IMG/VR virus record: IMGVR_UViG_2563366895_000001
Span: 27,011 to 91,010 of that record
Source: a virus
Lineage: Duplodnaviria > Heunggongvirae > Uroviricota > Caudoviricetes
Length of the DNA: 64,000 nt
Strand: one strand, 5' to 3'
The notes below the pieces were generated by a model, which was not told the DNA's origin, made no database searches, and worked only from the letters and a program-made list of their open reading frames with translations. This document shows positions 63,885-64,000 of the stretch, one piece after another. The stretch's first letter is position 1. Every line of letters begins with the position of its first letter. Made by a program: the position numbers and the translations under genes.

Positions 63885-64000
63885 CAGGAGCGCCCGGTTC
63901 GCCGGGCGTCGCATAATATGGCCACACTATCTGATACAATAAAACCGAATAAAACATATCTTGAGGCGGTACTCCGTACAGCGTTGTTAGGAAAGACAGA

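Noticed and set aside
63886-63915. Hairpin GCGCCCGG-TTCG-CCGGGCG after darB as a terminator
   Set aside because: No T-run follows the stem; left uncalled.

Overview
This 64 kb window reads as a P1-like (Punavirus-type) phage-plasmid from an enterobacterial host, most likely Escherichia coli. The call rests on a P1-style plasmid replicon (oriR with tandem DnaA boxes and five GATC sites, 19-bp iterons flanking repA, then parA-parB and a centromere-like region), five sites matching the P1 C1-repressor operator consensus, the immI-like block (icd-ant) next to kilA-repL, a Sit-like tape-measure/transglycosylase, a long repeat-rich tail fibre with its chaperone, the lydC/lydA/lydB-darA-ddrA-ddrB operon, ssb, a SAR-type lysozyme, portal/protease, and a 2255-aa DarB-like methyltransferase-helicase. 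All homology calls are from reading the translations against remembered family motifs; no database search was run. The observations most worth follow-up are: (1) a 341-aa LAGLIDADG intein inserted exactly at the catalytic Cys of the C5-methyltransferase domain of the bifunctional Dcm/Dam-type methylase Dmt; (2) a tRNA-Thr(UGU)-like gene whose two halves are separated by a 428-bp insert that is almost entirely an HNH endonuclease ORF; (3) a decayed cin invertase remnant next to the tail-fibre chaperone, implying a locked host-range segment; (4) an IS186-like element with a 10-bp target duplication inserted into a GC-rich palindrome 22 bp past the stop of an unlisted hok-family toxin ORF; (5) several visibly AT-rich cargo ORFs of unknown function; and (6) an overlapped spanin-like gene pair away from the other lysis genes. 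I did not find one single locus I could confidently call a new defined system; the AT-rich cargo ORFs are the best candidates.
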